Assembly (NCBI GenBank): GCA_964016885.1
Contig: OZ024757.1
Coordinates: 4,960,001 to 5,024,000 of the forward strand
DNA from: Eledone cirrhosa
Lineage: Eukaryota
Direction of reading: 5' to 3'
DNA length: 64,000 nt
A program made the translations under genes and the position numbers. The notes under the pieces are model-generated. The model saw only the letters and a program-made list of their open reading frames with translations, made no database searches and was not told the origin of the DNA. Positions 51,501-64,000 of this stretch are shown here, in pieces (positions within the stretch are counted from its first letter, which is position 1; every line of letters begins with the position of its first letter).

Positions 51501-52504
51501 ATCGTTGCTTCCTGTGAATGTTTGCTGCTTACTGCTCCTGTGCAATGGCCACATGTAAAACCTATATTCTTAGCTAACTTACCTGAGATCCCACTACATC
51601 TCTTGTGTACCCATTGTTTGTATTTTGGACAGAGAATGGAATTTCTACCTACACCTTTCTAGCACACAGAGCATGGCGATTTTTCTGAGGGGATCAGGGC
51701 TCTGTTTTCCCTTCTATTGATAATTGGCTGGCTAACCCAGATCTAGTCCTCAACAAATGAAACACTAGTGGAGTCGTAGGGGTACTCTAAGTGACATACA
51801 GTATTTCTCAGGCATATTTAAAAACCTGATGGAGCCCATCACCTCTCTCGTCTGAACACAATTGAGATCTGAATCAAACTTCAAGTGAAATCTGATATTG
51901 TATGGATTCATATAGACTCATAACTCCTGGTCTAAACACAGCTGATTTCTCCCAGAGGAAGATAGAAAAGAAGTAAGAAAAAGATGTAGAGGAACAATTG
52001 ACTCCTACTAATAAAAAGATGGAAGTTAAACTGGTGTTGTCATGTCACCAGCAGAGGAGATAATAGCTATGTTAGAGAGTCCTATCAGAATGAATTTTTC
52101 ACTAAACTGCCATAGAGCAGACTTCTCTAGAGATAGAAGGATAACATTTATAGAACATGCTGGAATACAACTGTTTGCATTGGAGAGAATTACTCTGGAC
52201 AGGAAAGTTGATATCTACAGTTTACCAAAATAGAAATATAAAATTTCCACTGTTAAATCTATCTCTGCTTCTTAAGTATTCTGTATTATCTCATACTGTT
52301 TCTATCTTATTTCAGAATACCAGATGACATTGGGATAAATTATTATTTTCAATCTCGGATACATCACCTCTATTTATCATCATTTGAAGACTATTAACTG
52401 AAATCACAGTTGCGGGAAATATAGAAGATATATTTTTTAGGAATATAATCTAAAAAGTATTACAAGTATATTCTGTTGGAGATAAAATTATTATAGAAAA
52501 TAAA

Positions 52505-53764
52505 TTGAGTGAAAAGGTTAAATGCGAAATACAATCGAAAATGTTTAGTATTCCTGGTGAGATGACAAAGGTTGGAGAAGAGAAACCATATCACTGCAAT
52601 ATCTGTGGTAAATCATTCAATATACGTAGTACCTTAACTACTCACAAAGTTATACATACAGGAGACAAACCATATCACTGTAATATCTGTGCTAAATCAT
52701 TCTCTGGGAAAAGTAGCCTAACTAGTCACAACCATTTACCTACAGATGAGAAGCCATATCGCTGTGAGATCTGTGGTAAATCATTCACTAAAAGTAGTAC
52801 CTTAACTACTCACAACCATTTACATACAGGTGAGAAGCCATATCACTGTGATATCTGTGGTAAAACATTCCCTCGAAGTGATGCATTAACTAAACACTTA
52901 CGTACCCATACAGGAGACAAGCCATACCACTGTGACATCTGTGGTAAATATTTCTCTCAAAGTAGTCACTTAACCAGACACAAACATATACCTACAGTAG
53001 ACAAGCCATATCACTGTGATATCTGTGGTAAATCATTCACTGAGAGTAGTTACTTAACTAGCCACAAACATATACATACAGGAGACAAGCCATACCACTA
53101 TGATATCTGTGGTAAATCATTCTCTGATTGTAGTACCTTAACTAGACACAAACATACCCATACAGGTGACAAGCCATACCACTGTGATATCTGTGGTAAA
53201 TCATTCTCTCGAAGTAGTCACTTAACTTCCCACAAACGTATACATACAGCAGACAAGCCATATCACTGTGATATCTGTGGTAAATCTTTCTCTGGTAGTG
53301 GTATCTTAAATAACCACAAACGTATACATACAGGAGACAAGCCATACCACTGTGATATCTGTGGTAAATCATTCTCTCAAAGTAGTAACTTAACGGGGCA
53401 TATACGTACCCATACAGGAGACAAGCCATATAACTGTGATATCTGTGGTAAATCATTCTCTGTAAGTGGTCATTTAAATAGACACAAGCGTATACATACA
53501 GGAGACAAGCCATATCAATGTGATATTTGTGGTAAATCATTCTCTGTAAGTGGTAACTTAACTAGCCACAAACGTATACATACAGGGGTCAAGCCATATC
53601 ACTGTGATATCTGTGGTAAATCATTCTCTCAAAGTAGTACCTTAACTAGCCACAAACGTACCCATACAGGAGACAAGCCATATCACTGTGATATCTGTGG
53701 TATATCATTCTCTGGAAAAAGTAGCCTAACTACTCACAAACTCATACATGCAGAGAAATCTTAA
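52505..53764 (+). CDS. C2H2 zinc-finger protein ZNF-4, 14 fingers (3 degenerate)
   Basis: 419-codon open frame of [15 protein letters not shown] repeats. First in-frame ATG at 52541, acceptor TTTCAG|AATACC at 52315/52316. Fingers 2 and 5 have H-to-P, finger 7 has C-to-Y. Confidence 0.92.
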   Translation: MSEKVKCEIQSKMFSIPGEMTKVGEEKPYHCNICGKSFNIRSTLTTHKVIHTGDKPYHCNICAKSFSGKSSLTSHNHLPTDEKPYRCEICGKSFTKSSTLTTHNHLHTGEKPYHCDICGKTFPRSDALTKHLRTHTGDKPYHCDICGKYFSQSSHLTRHKHIPTVDKPYHCDICGKSFTESSYLTSHKHIHTGDKPYHYDICGKSFSDCSTLTRHKHTHTGDKPYHCDICGKSFSRSSHLTSHKRIHTADKPYHCDICGKSFSGSGILNNHKRIHTGDKPYHCDICGKSFSQSSNLTGHIRTHTGDKPYNCDICGKSFSVSGHLNRHKRIHTGDKPYQCDICGKSFSVSGNLTSHKRIHTGVKPYHCDICGKSFSQSSTLTSHKRTHTGDKPYHCDICGISFSGKSSLTTHKLIHAEKS

Positions 53765-54159
53765 TGCATTGACATCAGTGATAAATCCTCTAAAAATTGT
53801 GAATTAATGAGAATACAAATATATATCAGTGTAATATCTGTGGTAAATCATTCTCTTTCTATGCTACATTAACTTCACACAAACATATACAGGTGGGAAG
53901 CCATATCACTTTGATATGTTTGGAAAATATATCTTTTAATGGAGCCATTTAACTAAATATATGCATAGATGAGGGAAACCATATCATCATCATCATCATT
54001 TTACGTCCGCTTTTCCCTGCTTGCAAGGGTGGGATGGGTCCTATTCAACACAGTATCACTCCACTTGTCACGGTCCTTTGTCATCTCCACCGTGAGCTTC
54101 AGAGGTCTGCCCTTACCACCTCAGTCCATGTAAATCATTTTCTAATTTTGGTTTCACCA

Positions 54160-54530
54160 AACACTAACATACAGGAGAGGAACTATATCACTGTGATGTC
54201 TGTGGTAAATCCTTCTCTATAAGTTGTGGCTTCACTACACACTAACATACAAGAGAGGAACCATATCACTGTGATGTCTGGTAAATAATTATCTAAATGT
54301 TGTGGCTTCCCTACACACTAACATACAGGAGAGGAACCATATGCCTGTGATGTCTGTGATAAATCCTTCTCTAAATGTTGTGGCTTCCCTACACACTAAC
54401 ATATACAGGAGAGGAACGATATCACTGTGGTGTCTGTGCTAAATAATTCTCTAAATGTTGTGGCTTCACTACACACTAACACATACAAGAGAGGAACCAT
54501 ATCACTGTGATGTCTGTGATAAATAATTCT
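54160..54530 (+). repeat. ~77-80-bp zinc-finger-derived tandem repeat (ZNF-4 3' region)
   Basis: CACTAACATACAGGAGAGGAACCATATCACTGTGATGTCTGTG repeated about 5 times. Paralogous to 16219-16660. Confidence 0.8.
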
Positions 54531-55899
54531 CTTGTAAAGGTTACTTGATGCAACACAAACACAATCAGACAAGATAAAAACCATGTCACTCACCAGTGTT
54601 GTTAATATCTTAAATAAAACTGTTTTACTAAGAAATTATTCTCCTTTCATTAAGAAGTTGTAACCAAGACTTGTGCTGACTAAACTGTATTGTTCAGAAT
54701 TGACATACGGTATATATATGTGAATGTATGTGTTAGAAATTTGTGTCCATGTATATGTTTGTATATAAGTATGTGCATATCATCATCATCATCATCATTT
54801 TACGTCCGCTATTCCCTTCTTGCAAGGGTGGGACTGAACTGATTCTGGCTTGATTTCTACAGCTGGATGCCCTTCCTAACACCAACCTCATTTACAGAGA
54901 GTGCTGGGTGCTTTTTTGCCGTGGCACCTCCACGACCACTTTGCAGTGGAATGATATGAACCCCAGTCCCTATCATCTCATTTCTACAGCTGAGTAAACT
55001 GGAGCAATGTGAAATAAAGTGTCTTGCTCAAGGAAACAACACATCACACAGTCTGAGAATTGAACTCACAACATTTCGAATACAAGGCCAATGCTCTAAC
55101 CACTAAGCCATGTGCCTCCACTGTGCATATCTGGATTTGATTTATTTATTATGTATGTGTGTATATGTACATCAACTTCATCAACATCATCACTGTTTTT
55201 ATGTCTGTTTTTCTATGCTTCCTTGGGTTGGACATGTCCTTCTCAACATGGCATCTTTCAACTTGTCGTGTTCCTTTGTCATCTCCTCTGTGAGAGTCAG
55301 TTATTTGAAGTCAGTTCACACAGCCTCTGTCCAGGTCTTTCTTGGTCTACCTCTACTATGGCTTCCTTCTACTGGGATGTCCTGGCACTTCTTCACCCAG
55401 CTGACATTATCCATATGTATCACATGTCCGTACCAATCCAGTCTTCTCTCTTACACATCTCTTAAGATCCCTCTTAAACCCAGCTTCTTATTGACATTGT
55501 CCAAGCTCTGCCTTTCTCTCACACTTAAATGGCACATCCAATGAAGCATGGTTGCTTCATTCCTCTCCAGTCTACACTTTTTTTCTGCTGTCACAGCCCT
55601 TGTTTCACTACCATGCAGCATCATATTTTATTGGCAGGTGTTATACAGTCATCCTCCACTGCTAATTAAGTCACAGAAGCTATCAACCACTTCAATGTGT
55701 GTATAATTACTTGTGTATCTTTGTGTCTGTATATTTATGTGTATACATCTGCATAGATTTGCAGTATATGATACAGCTGGGAGAACATCTCATATTATCG
55801 GGGTCCTTCTAGCAGATCCAGCAAGTGACACATATATATATATATTATATATATATGTATAATATATATATATACATATATATATCGTCAGTCGATCGA

Positions 55900-56093
55900 C
55901 TTTCGTCAAATTGGGCCGAAGAAACAATGTTTCCATTGGTCTTTCCAATTGCTAATACTATCTATTGGTCACAACTCCAGGTAGAAGGAGCAACATGAAA
56001 TAAAGTGTCTTGCTCAAGGACATAACACATCACCCAGTCAGAGAATTGAACTCACAACCTTTTAATTACAAGCCCAATGCTCTAACCACTAAG
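55900..56093 (-). mobile_element. tRNA-derived SINE (family B)
   Basis: Same body as 1155-1362. Another copy at 54980-55118. Confidence 0.7.
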
Positions 56094-56287
56094 CTATATA
56101 TATTATATATATATTACTAGCAGAATGGCCAGGAGATCGCTAAATCGCCTAATGCGGTCCCTAGGGCATTGAAAATTTGAAATTTTTCTCCTCAAAACAC
56201 TCACAGGACTATAAATATTACATGTCTAAAGTTTAAAGACAATCGGTTGGGTGGTTCTTCAGTTTTAGGCATTCTCTATTTTAGATA

Positions 56288-58466
56288 TCATCATCATCAT
56301 CATCATCATCATCACTGTTTTACGTCCGTTCTTCCACGTTAGCATGGGTTAGACAGGTTGTCCTGTTCTGGGCAGTGTCTGGTTGGCTGACCATTCCTTG
56401 CTCATAAAGGAACTGATTTGGCTTGATTTCTACAGCTGGATGCCCTTCCTAACACCAACCTCATTTACAGTGAGTGCTGGGTGCTTTTTCGTGGCGCCTA
56501 CACGTCCAATTTACAGTGTTAGCTGGTTGCTTTTTTGCCGTGGCACTTCCACGACCACCTTGCAGTGGGCGGTGAGGGGGCATATTGTCTGAGAGGTGTA
56601 ATTGGGTAAGGTCGGCTTTTATTACCTCATCCTAGGTCTTCTTGGGTCTCCCCACTCTGCGGATTCCATCAACTTCTAGTGCTCTGCACCTTTTTATGCA
56701 GTTGTCATCCTTCATACGCATCACATGTCCATACCAACGCAACCACCTCTCCTGCACACAGCATTTGATTCCTCTGATGCTCAGTCTGTCTCTCAGATAT
56801 ATATAGATATATATATTATATTATATATATATATATATGTTATATATATTATATCATCATCATCACCATTTTACCTCCGTTCTTCCACGCTAGCATGGGT
56901 TAGACGGGTTGTCCTGTTGTGGGCAGTGTCTGGTTGGCTGTCCATGCATTGCTCATACAGGAACTGATTTGGCTTGATTTCTACAGCTGGATGTCCTTCC
57001 TAACACCCATCTCATTTACAGTGAGTGCTGGGTGCTTTTCGTGGCGCCTACACGTCCACTTTACAGTGTGGGCTGGGTGCTTTTTTGCCGTCGCACCTCC
57101 ACGACCACCTTGCAGTGGGGGGGTGAGGGGGCATATTGTCTATATGCTTCAGCTTGTACCCATGGGAGGTCGGGTACTCTGTATTACTGCGTGACGCCAG
57201 AAGTCATGGTCGTGTGTCATTGCCTTTGAGAGGTGTAATTGAGTAAGGTCGGCTTTTATCACCTCATCCCAGGTCATCTTGGGTCTCCCCACTCCGCGGT
57301 TTCCATCAACTTCTAGTGCTCTGTACCTTTTTATGCAGCTGTCATCCTTCATACGCATCACATGTCCATACCAGTGCAACCGCCTCTTATGCTCAGTCTC
57401 TCTCTCAATTCATTTATGCTTTGTCGTTATTATTACTGTTACACATCCATCGGAGAATGCAGGCTTCGTTTCTCTCTAATCTACGTAAGTCTTTCACCTT
57501 CAGCGCCCAGGTCTCACTACCATGCAACATTGCTGTTCGGATACACGCATCATACAGTCTGCCTTTCATTCTGAGGGAGAAGCCTTTTGCAGCTACCAGT
57601 GGCAGTAGTTCCCTAAACTTCTTCCATCCCGTTCTTACTCTAGTTATTGTACTTTCTGGACACCCACCTCCGCTGCTAATTTGGTCACCTAGGTAGCAGA
57701 AGCTATCTACTGTTTCTACAGAGCCCTCCCAGAGATTGGTGGTACTTGTTTCCTGTGGCTGTTTGCTGCTTGCTGTCTCAGCACAGCTGCTGCATGTGAA
57801 TCCTACATTCTTAATTAAGCTTCCTGAGATCCCGCTACATCTCTTGTGTACCCCTTGTTTGCATTTGGGGCAGAGAATGGAGTTCCTACCTACACCTTTC
57901 CTACATACTGAGCAAGGCCATTTCCCTGAGGGGATCTGGGTTCTGTTTTCTCATCTACTTACAAGGACCTTAGTTTTTGTCATGTTGACTTTGAGACGCG
58001 TTCTTTCTAGTCCCTGCTTCCAAGTTTGGAATTTATTCTCTAGTTCTACCATAGATTCAGCTATGAGTTTGAGGTCATCAGCATGCAGGAGTTCCCTTGG
58101 GCATCCGGTCTAAAACTTCTCCGTTATTGCCTGCAGGAATATGATGAACAGGAGGGGGCTAAGAACAGAGCCCTGGTGGACCCCAACCTATACCCTAAAT
58201 TCCTCGCTATACTCATTGCCAATCCTAACTTTGCTGACTGCTCCCCTATACATGGCTTGTACCACTTTCACAAGCCATTCATCTACTCCTAGTTTTCTAA
58301 GAGCCCACCAGATTACAGCAGGTGGAACTCTGTCAAAGGCTTTCTCAAGGTCGACAAATGCCAAGTAGAGTGGCTTACTTTTAGCTAGGTACTTTTCCTG
58401 TAATTGCCTCACAAGGAAAAGGGCATCAATGGTGCCTCTTCCTGGTACAAACCCAAATTGCTTCTC
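56288..58466 (-). mobile_element. RTE LINE 3' half with a duplicated 3' end
   Basis: QFGFVPGRGTIDA, LAFVDLEKAFDRVP, HADDL, WPCSVCRKGVG, GRPKMTW. 3' ends with (ATC)n tails at about 56290 and 56852. Confidence 0.88.
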
Positions 58467-61400
58467 GTAGTAGTGTATATGCAATATTTAATACAGAAAT
58501 AGCTTCTACAGGACTAAAACTAATTAATATGAGGGTTATTAGTAGTATATGTGCCATATTTAATACAGAAATGGCTTCTAAATGGAGGGATCTCATTAAT
58601 TCGATGGAAATAGTGTATATACAATATTTAATACAGAAATGGCTTTTAAAGGACTAGAACGCTTTAATTCGAATCAAATAGTAGTATAAATGCAATATTT
58701 ACTACAGAAATGGCTTCTACAAGACTAAAAATCATTAATATGAGGGATAATGTTAGATTATATGCCATATTTAATACAGAAATGACTTCTAAATGAAGAA
58801 ATCTCTTTAATTCGATGGAAATAGTAGAGTATATCGAATATTTAATAATGAAATGGCTTCTACAGGACTAAAACTCATTAATATGAGGGGTATTATTAGA
58901 TTATATGCCATATTTAATACGGAAATGGCTTCTGAAGGACTAGAACTCTTTAAATTGAATCAAATAGTAGTATATATCGTATATTTAATACAGAAACGTC
59001 TTCTACAGGATGACAACTAATATATTTGGAGGAAATAGAAGTATATATGTAATATTTAATACAGAAATAGCTTCCGCAGAGCTAGAAACCAGTATTTTGA
59101 AGGAAATGGTAGAGTATACACAATATTTAATACAGAAATGGCCTCTAAAATACTAGACCTCTTTAATTTGATGGAAATAGTAGAGTATATGGAAATAGTA
59201 GAGTGTATGCTATATTTAATAAAGAAATGGCTTCTAAAGCAGTAGAACTCTTTAATTTAAAGGCTATTAGTAATATATATGCCATATTTAATACAGAAAT
59301 GGCTTATAAAGCACTATATCTCTTTAATTTTAAGGAAATAGTACAGTATATGCAATATTCAATACAGAAATCACTGTCAAAGGACTAGAACTAATATATT
59401 TGTAGTAACTAGTAGTATATATGTAATATTTAATACAGAAATTGCTTCTGAAGCACTAGAACTCTTTAATTTGAAGGATATTAATAGATTTTATGCAATA
59501 TTTAATATGTAAATAGATTCCACAGGGCTAGAACTCATTAATTCGAAGGAAATAGTAGTGTATATGCAATATTTAATACAGAAATAACTTCTTCAGGGCT
59601 GAAATTCATTAATATGAGGGGCATTAATACATTATATGCTATATTTAATACAGAAATTGCCTCTAAAAGACTAGAAACTTTCAATTTATAGGAAATAGTA
59701 GATTATATGCCAGATATAATACAGAAATGGTCTCTAAAGGAGTAAAGCTCATTAATTCGAAGAAAATAGTAGTATATATGCCATACTTAATAAAGAAATG
59801 GCTTCTACAGGACTAAAACTCACTGATTTGAAGAATATTAGTAGATTATATGCAACATTTGATATAGAAATGGCTTCTAAAGGGCAAAAGCTCACTAATT
59901 CTAAGGAAATAGTACATTATATGCAATATTTAATACATTAATACATTGTAAAGGCCTAAAAGTCATTAAGTTGAAGGGTATTTGTAGATTATATGCCATA
60001 TTTAATTCAGAAATATTTAAGAAAGGAATGGATTCTAAGGGAGTAAAACTAATATAATTGAAGGAAATAGTAGTATATATGCCATATTTAATAAAGAAAT
60101 GGCTTCTAAAGCTAGAACTCTTTAATTTGAAGGGTATTAGTAGATTATATGCCATATTTAATATGGAAATGGCTTCTAAAGGACTAAATCTCATTAATTC
60201 AAGGGAAATAATAATATATGTGCAATATTCAATACAGAAATTGCTTCTAAAGAATAGAACTCTTCGATTCAAAGGAAATAGTACAGTATATGCAATATTT
60301 AATAGAGAAATAGCTTCAACAGAGCTAGAACCCATAAATTTGAAGGAAAAAGTAGAGTATACGCAATATTTAATGCAGAAATGGCTTCTAAATGACTAGA
60401 ACTTTTAATTCAAAGGAAATAGTACATTATATGCCATATTTAATATGGAAATGGCTTCTTAAGAATAAGATCTCTTTAATTTGTAGTAAATAGTAGTATG
60501 GATGCAATATTTAATACAGAAACGGCTTCTACAGGACTAAAAGTCTTTAATTTGAAGAGTATTAATAGATTATATGCCATATTTAATAGATAAATAGCTT
60601 CTACAGTGCTACAACTCATTAATTTGAACAAAATTATAGTGTATATGCAATATTTAATACAGAAATGGCTTTTACAGGACTGAAACTCATTAATTTGAAG
60701 GGTATTAGTAGATTATATGCTACATTTAATGCAGAAATGGCCTTCAGAAGACTACATCGCCTCAATTTGAAAGAAATAGTAGAGTATATGCTATATTTAA
60801 TAAGAAATGGCTTCTAAAAGAGTAAAATTAGTATAATTTGAGGAAATAATAGTATATACGCCATATTTAATACAGAAATGTCTTCTAAAGGACTAGAATG
60901 CTTTCATTTAAAGGGTAGATTATATTCTATACTCAATACGGAAATGGCTTCTAAAGGACTAAAGCTCATTAATTTGAGGGAAATAGTATTGTATGTGCAA
61001 TATTTAATACAGAAATGGCTTCTAAAGGAATAGAACTCTTCGATTCAAAGGAAATAGTATTTTACATGCAACATTTAATATAGAAATGGTTTCTAAAGGG
61101 CTAAATCTCATTAATTTGAAGGAAATAGTACATTATATGCAATATTTAATAGAGAAATGGCTTCTAAAAGACTAGAAGTCCTCAATTCAAAGGAAATAGT
61201 AGTATATATGCCATATTTAATACAGAAATGGCTGTCAAGTGACTAGAACGAATATATTTGTATATGTGCAATATTTAATTCAGAAAAGTCTAGAAAAGGA
61301 CTAGAAATTTTAATTCAAAGGAAATAGTACATTATATGCCATATTTTATATGGAAATGACTTCTTAAGGACAAGAACTTTTTAATTTGTTGTAAATAGTA

Positions 61401-63056
61401 GTATGAAAGCAATATTTAATACAGAAATGGCTTCTACAGGACTAAAACTCTTTAATTTGAAGAGTATTAATAGATTATATGCAATATTTAATAGATAAAT
61501 AGCTTCTTCAGTGCTACAACTCATTAATTTGAACAAAATAGTAGTGTCTATGCAATATTTAATACAGAAATGGCTTCTACGGGGCTGAAACTCTTTAATT
61601 TGAAGGGTATTACTAGATTTTATGCTATATTTAATACATAAGTGGTCTCTAAAATACTAGAACTCTTCAATACGAAGGAAATAGTAGATTATATGTCACA
61701 TGTAATAAGGAAATTGCCTCTAAAGGCGTAAAGCTCATAAATTCGAGGGAAATAGTAGTGTATGTGCAATATTTCCTTTGAATTAATGAGTTCTAGCTCT
61801 GTGGAATCTATTTACGTATTAAATATTGCATATAATCTATTAATATCCTTCAAATTAAAGAGTTCTAGTGCTTCAGAAGACATTACATATATACTACTAT
61901 TTCCTGCAAATATATTAGTTCTAGTCCTTTGACAGCCATTTCTGTATTATATATTGCATATACTGTACTATTTCCCTAAAATTAAAGAGTTCTAGTGCTT
62001 TAGAAGCCATTTCTGTATTAAATATGGCATATATACTACTATTTCCTCCAATTATATTAGTTTTACTTCTTTAGAAGCCATTTATTTATTAAATAATGCA
62101 TATACTCTACTATTTCCATCAAATTGAATAATTCTAGTATTTTAGAAGCCATTTCTGTATTAAATATTGTGTATACTCTACTATTTCCTTCGCATTACTG
62201 GTTTCTAGCTCTGTGGAAGCTATTTCCGTATTAAATATTACATATATACTTCTATTTCCTCCAAATATATTAGTTGTCATCCTGTAGAAGACTTTTCTGT
62301 ATTAAATATTGAATATACACTACTATTCCCTTCGAATTAATGAGTTCAAGTCCTGTGGAAGCTATTTACTTATTAAATATTGCATACACACTTCTATTTA
62401 CTACGAATTAATGAGTTCTTGTCCTTAAGAAGCCATTTCCATATTTAATATCGCATATAATGTACTATTTTATTTGAATTAAAATTTCTAGTCCTTGAGA
62501 AGCCATTTCTGTATTAAATATTGCACATACATTACTATTTCCCTCGAATTAATGAGATTTAATCCTTTAGAAGCCATTTCCGTATTAAATATGGCATATA
62601 ATCTACTAATACACTTCAAATTAAAGAGTTCTACTGCTTTATAAGCCATTCCTTTATTAAATATGACATATATACTACTATTTCCCCCAATTATATTAGT
62701 TTTATTCCCTTAGAAGCCATTTCTTTATTAAATATTGCATATAATCTATGAATACCCTTCAAATTAAAGAGTTTCAGCCCCGTAGAAGCCATGTCTGTAT
62801 TAAATATTGCATATACACTACCATTTGATTTCAATTAATGAGTTCTAGCCCTGTAGAAGCTATTTATATATTAAATATTGCATATAATCTACTAATACTC
62901 TTCAAATTAAAGCGTTTTAGTCTTGTAGAAGCTATTTCTGTATTAAATATTGCATATATACTACTATTTCTCCTTTGAATCAGAGATTTCTAGTCCTTTA
63001 GAAACCATATCTGTATTAAATATTGCATATAATGTACTATTTCCTTCGAATTAATG
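58467..63056. repeat. AT-rich ~71-bp satellite array with an orientation switch at about 61772
   Basis: Unit GCAATATTTAATACAGAAATGGCTTCTAAAGGACTAGAACTCTTTAATTTGAAGGAAATAGTAGTATATAT. Forward to about 61774, reverse-complement afterwards. Confidence 0.92.
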
Positions 63057-63256
63057 CCAGTTGAAGGAAGGCGTGGTAGAGGTAGACCGCGAAAAACATG
63101 GGCGGAGGTGGTGAGAACAGACCTCAGATCGTTGAAGCTCACGGTGATGACGAAGGACCGTGACAAGTGGAGAGATGCTGTGCTTAATAAGACCAGGCCC
63201 ACCCTTGCAAGCCGGGAAAAGCAGACGTAGAATGATGATGATGATGATGATGATGA
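63055..63256 (+). mobile_element. RTE LINE extreme 3' end with (GAT)n tail
   Basis: PVEGRRGRGRPRKTWAEVVRTDL, followed by (GAT)n and then a long (TA)n tract to about 63405. Confidence 0.8.
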
Positions 63257-63330
63257 TATATATGTATATGTATATATATACACATATGTATATAACATCC
63301 ATACACACACACACATATACACACACGTAA

Positions 63331-63410
<80 letters not shown>

Positions 63411-63836
63411 TTCAAGAGTAACCAATCTTAAAGAGAGAGATGGAGATAGGAGAGATTGGTGAATTAGTTAGAAGCCAAAGCGTAAAGGCATGTGCTCAAT
63501 GTGCAATATGTAGTGGAATGCAGCTAGGTGGCTGGGTTCATGCAGAGGTTAGGTGCACAGAGCTGGAAATATTCATTACTTAAGCAAAACAAGACCACAG
63601 ATTTCACAAGGAAGACATTATTAAAAGAATGTCAACATATTTTAGTTTGATGCAAGGAATGTAGAGAATAATAATAATAATATTAATAATAATTATTTCT
63701 ACTTTTTGGCACAAGGCCAGCAATTATCCCAGTACATTACTGGTACTTTATTTTATCAACCCGGTAAGAATGAAAGGCAAAGTTAACCTCGGCGGTATTA
63801 TATATCATAATGATTATATATCATTATATAATCATT

Positions 63837-63890
63837 ATTGATCTGGTTCAGTTGAAAATAATTAATTATTTTCAACTGAACCAGATCAAT
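63837..63890. repeat. Perfect 54-bp palindrome
   Basis: ATTGATCTGGTTCAGTTGAAAATAATT|AATTATTTTCAACTGAACCAGATCAAT. Confidence 0.9.
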
Positions 63891-64000
63891 CATCATCATC
63901 ATCATCATCATCAACGTTTAACGTCCGTGTTCCACGCTTGCATGTGTTTGGACGGGCGTATTCCCACTTGAGGCAAGAGTGATTGTCTTGCTCGCATAGG

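Larger units (their letters stand above)
42305..52654 (+). repeat. Right arm of the inverted segmental duplication (upstream module and intron of ZNF-4)
   Basis: Reverse complement of 1-6740 plus three copy-specific insertions. Confidence 0.95.

Noticed and set aside
53142-53540. Antisense ORFs over finger arrays (also 17092-17373, 36399-36752)
   Set aside because: Expected by-product of 84-bp periodic coding repeats.
56115-56285. Possible Helentron-type non-autonomous element (ACTAG start)
   Set aside because: Single short copy. Terminal hairpin and subterminal repeats could not be established.
59901-60399. 113-144-aa ORFs in the satellite
   Set aside because: Chance open frames in AT-rich tandem monomers.

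Overview
AT-rich, repeat-dense eukaryotic DNA. By repeat families and zinc-finger style it looks like an octopod cephalopod; this is inferred, not database-checked. The window holds a cluster of four C2H2 zinc-finger genes, each with its fingers in one exon: ZNF-1 (minus, cut by the left edge), ZNF-2 (minus, frameshifted), ZNF-3 (minus, a different subfamily) and ZNF-4 (plus, 14 fingers). ZNF-1, -2 and -4 share a duplicated cassette: upstream module, a ~199-nt non-coding exon, a TE-filled intron and the finger exon. Positions 1-6740 are an inverted segmental duplicate of 42305-52654. The right copy has gained a hAT-type MITE, a solo LTR and a Penelope-like element, which carries a hammerhead ribozyme motif and sits beside a 247-bp-arm palindrome. 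Other content: a near full-length RTE-X-like LINE, a decayed CRE/R2-group RLE retrotransposon, many RTE LINE and tRNA-derived SINE fragments, and several MITEs, one carrying a perfect histone-mRNA 3' stem-loop. There are many minisatellites (two derived from LINE coding sequence, one from zinc-finger coding units) and a 4.6-kb ~71-bp satellite with an internal inversion. Coordinates were read by eye and splice sites are predictions.
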